This document shows positions 17,325-18,631 of a stretch of DNA of 18,631 bases, in pieces. This stretch comes from Synechococcus sp. (lineage in GTDB: Bacteria > Cyanobacteriota > Cyanobacteriia > Thermostichales > PCC-7336), in contig JBFRWD010000130.1 of assembly GCA_051439425.1 (NCBI GenBank), forward strand, positions 1 through 18,631. Reading direction: 5' to 3'. Position 1 is the stretch's first letter, and the number at the start of each line of letters is the position of its first letter. The position numbers were made by a program, and so were the translations under genes. The notes under the pieces are model-generated. The model made no database searches. It was given only the letters and a program-made list of their open reading frames with translations, and was not told the origin of the DNA.

Positions 17325-18148
17325 GGGACTGTCAAATTAAGGCGAGATCACCCAGCTAGAACACTATTTCTCTCAGATTAAGTCTGGCGTATTGATTTAG
17401 GCAGCGATATTCACATTGGTCACTTCCTGCCAGCTCTTTAACCGCTGGCTCATCGTTTCTCGATATTCAGTTGCTGTGAGTTTGTGCTGACGGGGATGGA
17501 AATGCCCTCGTATCGGTTCGAATGCAGAGAGAAACCGTTGGGCCTGACCGGGAGATTTGAAGCGACCCATCCGTTTCTCTCTCAACCTTGTCGGACGGTG
17601 GGAATTCTAGGCTCGGTTGTTGAGGCCCTTGTGCTGCCTGCGATCTACCCCCTTTAATATCTTTTTCATAGCAGCACCGTAGTTTCTCAGTTTGTCTGTC
17701 ACGACAACCCTGGGGGGGCAGCCTGTGGTTTGAGCAGTTTACGAAAGAATTTGTTGGCTACCCTCTGATTCCGACGAGTCTGTATCAAGATGTCTAGAAC
17801 TTGTCCATGCCGATCGGCGGCTCGCCACAGATAGTATTTCTTTCCGTAAATTTTCACCTCGACTTCGTCCAAGTGCCACTTGTCAGCTGGCTTAGGGTGG
17901 CTACGAGGTAACTGGTTGGCGTAGACCTGGGCAAACTTGCGGCGCCAGTAGCGGATCGCTTCGTAAGTCACCTCGATCCCGCGATAGAGCACATCTCGAT
18001 ATCGCGATAGCTCAGAGGGAACGTGTAATACAGCCAAACGCAAAAAGAGACGATCTCGGAGGGGAAGCGATGACGCTTGTAACTTATGCTCATTCCCTAA
18101 GCCTTACATAGACTGGGGGCTCCGCTGCTGAGTTTATATGACTGTGCC
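17325..18148 (-). mobile_element. IS6-family insertion sequence, degenerate (about 824 bp)
   Basis: Imperfect terminal inverted repeats GGGACTGTCAAATTAA (17325-17340) and GGCACAGTCATATAAA (reverse complement of 18133-18148), 12/16 identical, enclosing an IS6 transposase. No target duplication visible. Confidence 0.85.
17397..18093 (-). pseudogene. IS6-family DDE transposase pseudogene
   Basis: MSISYKRHRFPSEIV...LSYRDIE / LYRGIEVTYEAIRYW...WHLDE...YLWRA.D..G.VLD / PRVVVTDKL..Y.AA...NNRA*NSHRPTR.RE.RM.RFKS. Frameshifts near 17995 and 17715, and a TAG at 17607-17609. Confidence 0.92.
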
Positions 18149-18631
18149 CTATAGTATGCAACGCCGAGGTCGCAACCTGTTTCGGAGCATCTTCCTACAG
18201 ATCCCCCTCATTCCACCTGAACGTCCTGCACGTCCCGGTAGCCCGGACAATATCGCTAATTGCGCCGCACTTACATAGGTTCTATGGAGGACAGTGGAGT
18301 CGCCTGTGGGGTATCCGATCGCAAAGGAACGCTAACCTGAGCAAGGACGCTAAGTATTGGGCTATCGGTTCGGCTACTTTTCCCCACGTTAGCAACGCAA
18401 CTCGCCAGTCTCCTCGATCAATCGCCACGTTCAAAGTTATGTTTCAAATAGTAGTTTATAGACCCAAATAGAGTACATTGAATTTGAAGCCAAAAGCTTC
18501 AGATGCGTTCAACGAAGGAGTTTCTACTCTGGTTAACTTATCAAGTAAAGACCATCAAAAACAGCAACCCAAGCTAAGATTGTCGAACCTTCCTCTTATT
18601 TCTTAAGAGAGTAACGAAAGTGAGCATTGTT

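Noticed and set aside
18149..18631. Short ORFs or a possible ncRNA right of the IS
   Set aside because: Only featureless ORFs of about 50 codons or fewer, and no recognisable RNA structure.

Overview
Cyanobacterial DNA: at least 12 HIP1 GCGATCGC octamers, plus hli and cyAbrB genes. The left part (1-10815) looks like a light/oxidative-stress module: an atypical ferrochelatase-like gene (runs off the left edge, absent from the ORF track), a SigD-like group 2 sigma factor, a divergent ClpC paralogue, an atypical SDR, a 47-aa HLIP (absent from the ORF track), a DoxX membrane protein, and a divergently transcribed cryptochrome/photolyase-family protein. That last protein keeps the Trp triad but has Asp at the flavin N5 position, a degenerate CPD pocket and a C-terminal tail ending in QLKLF. 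Several promoters carry HLR1 (RpaB)-like direct repeats. The right part holds a DUF6918-like protein, an orphan ORF, a SAM methyltransferase, a kptA remnant, glutathione peroxidase, cyAbrB, an RNB ribonuclease fused to a dsRBD-like domain, a 17-aa tandem-repeat protein and a dead IS6-family element. All family assignments come from motif recognition by eye; no searches were run.
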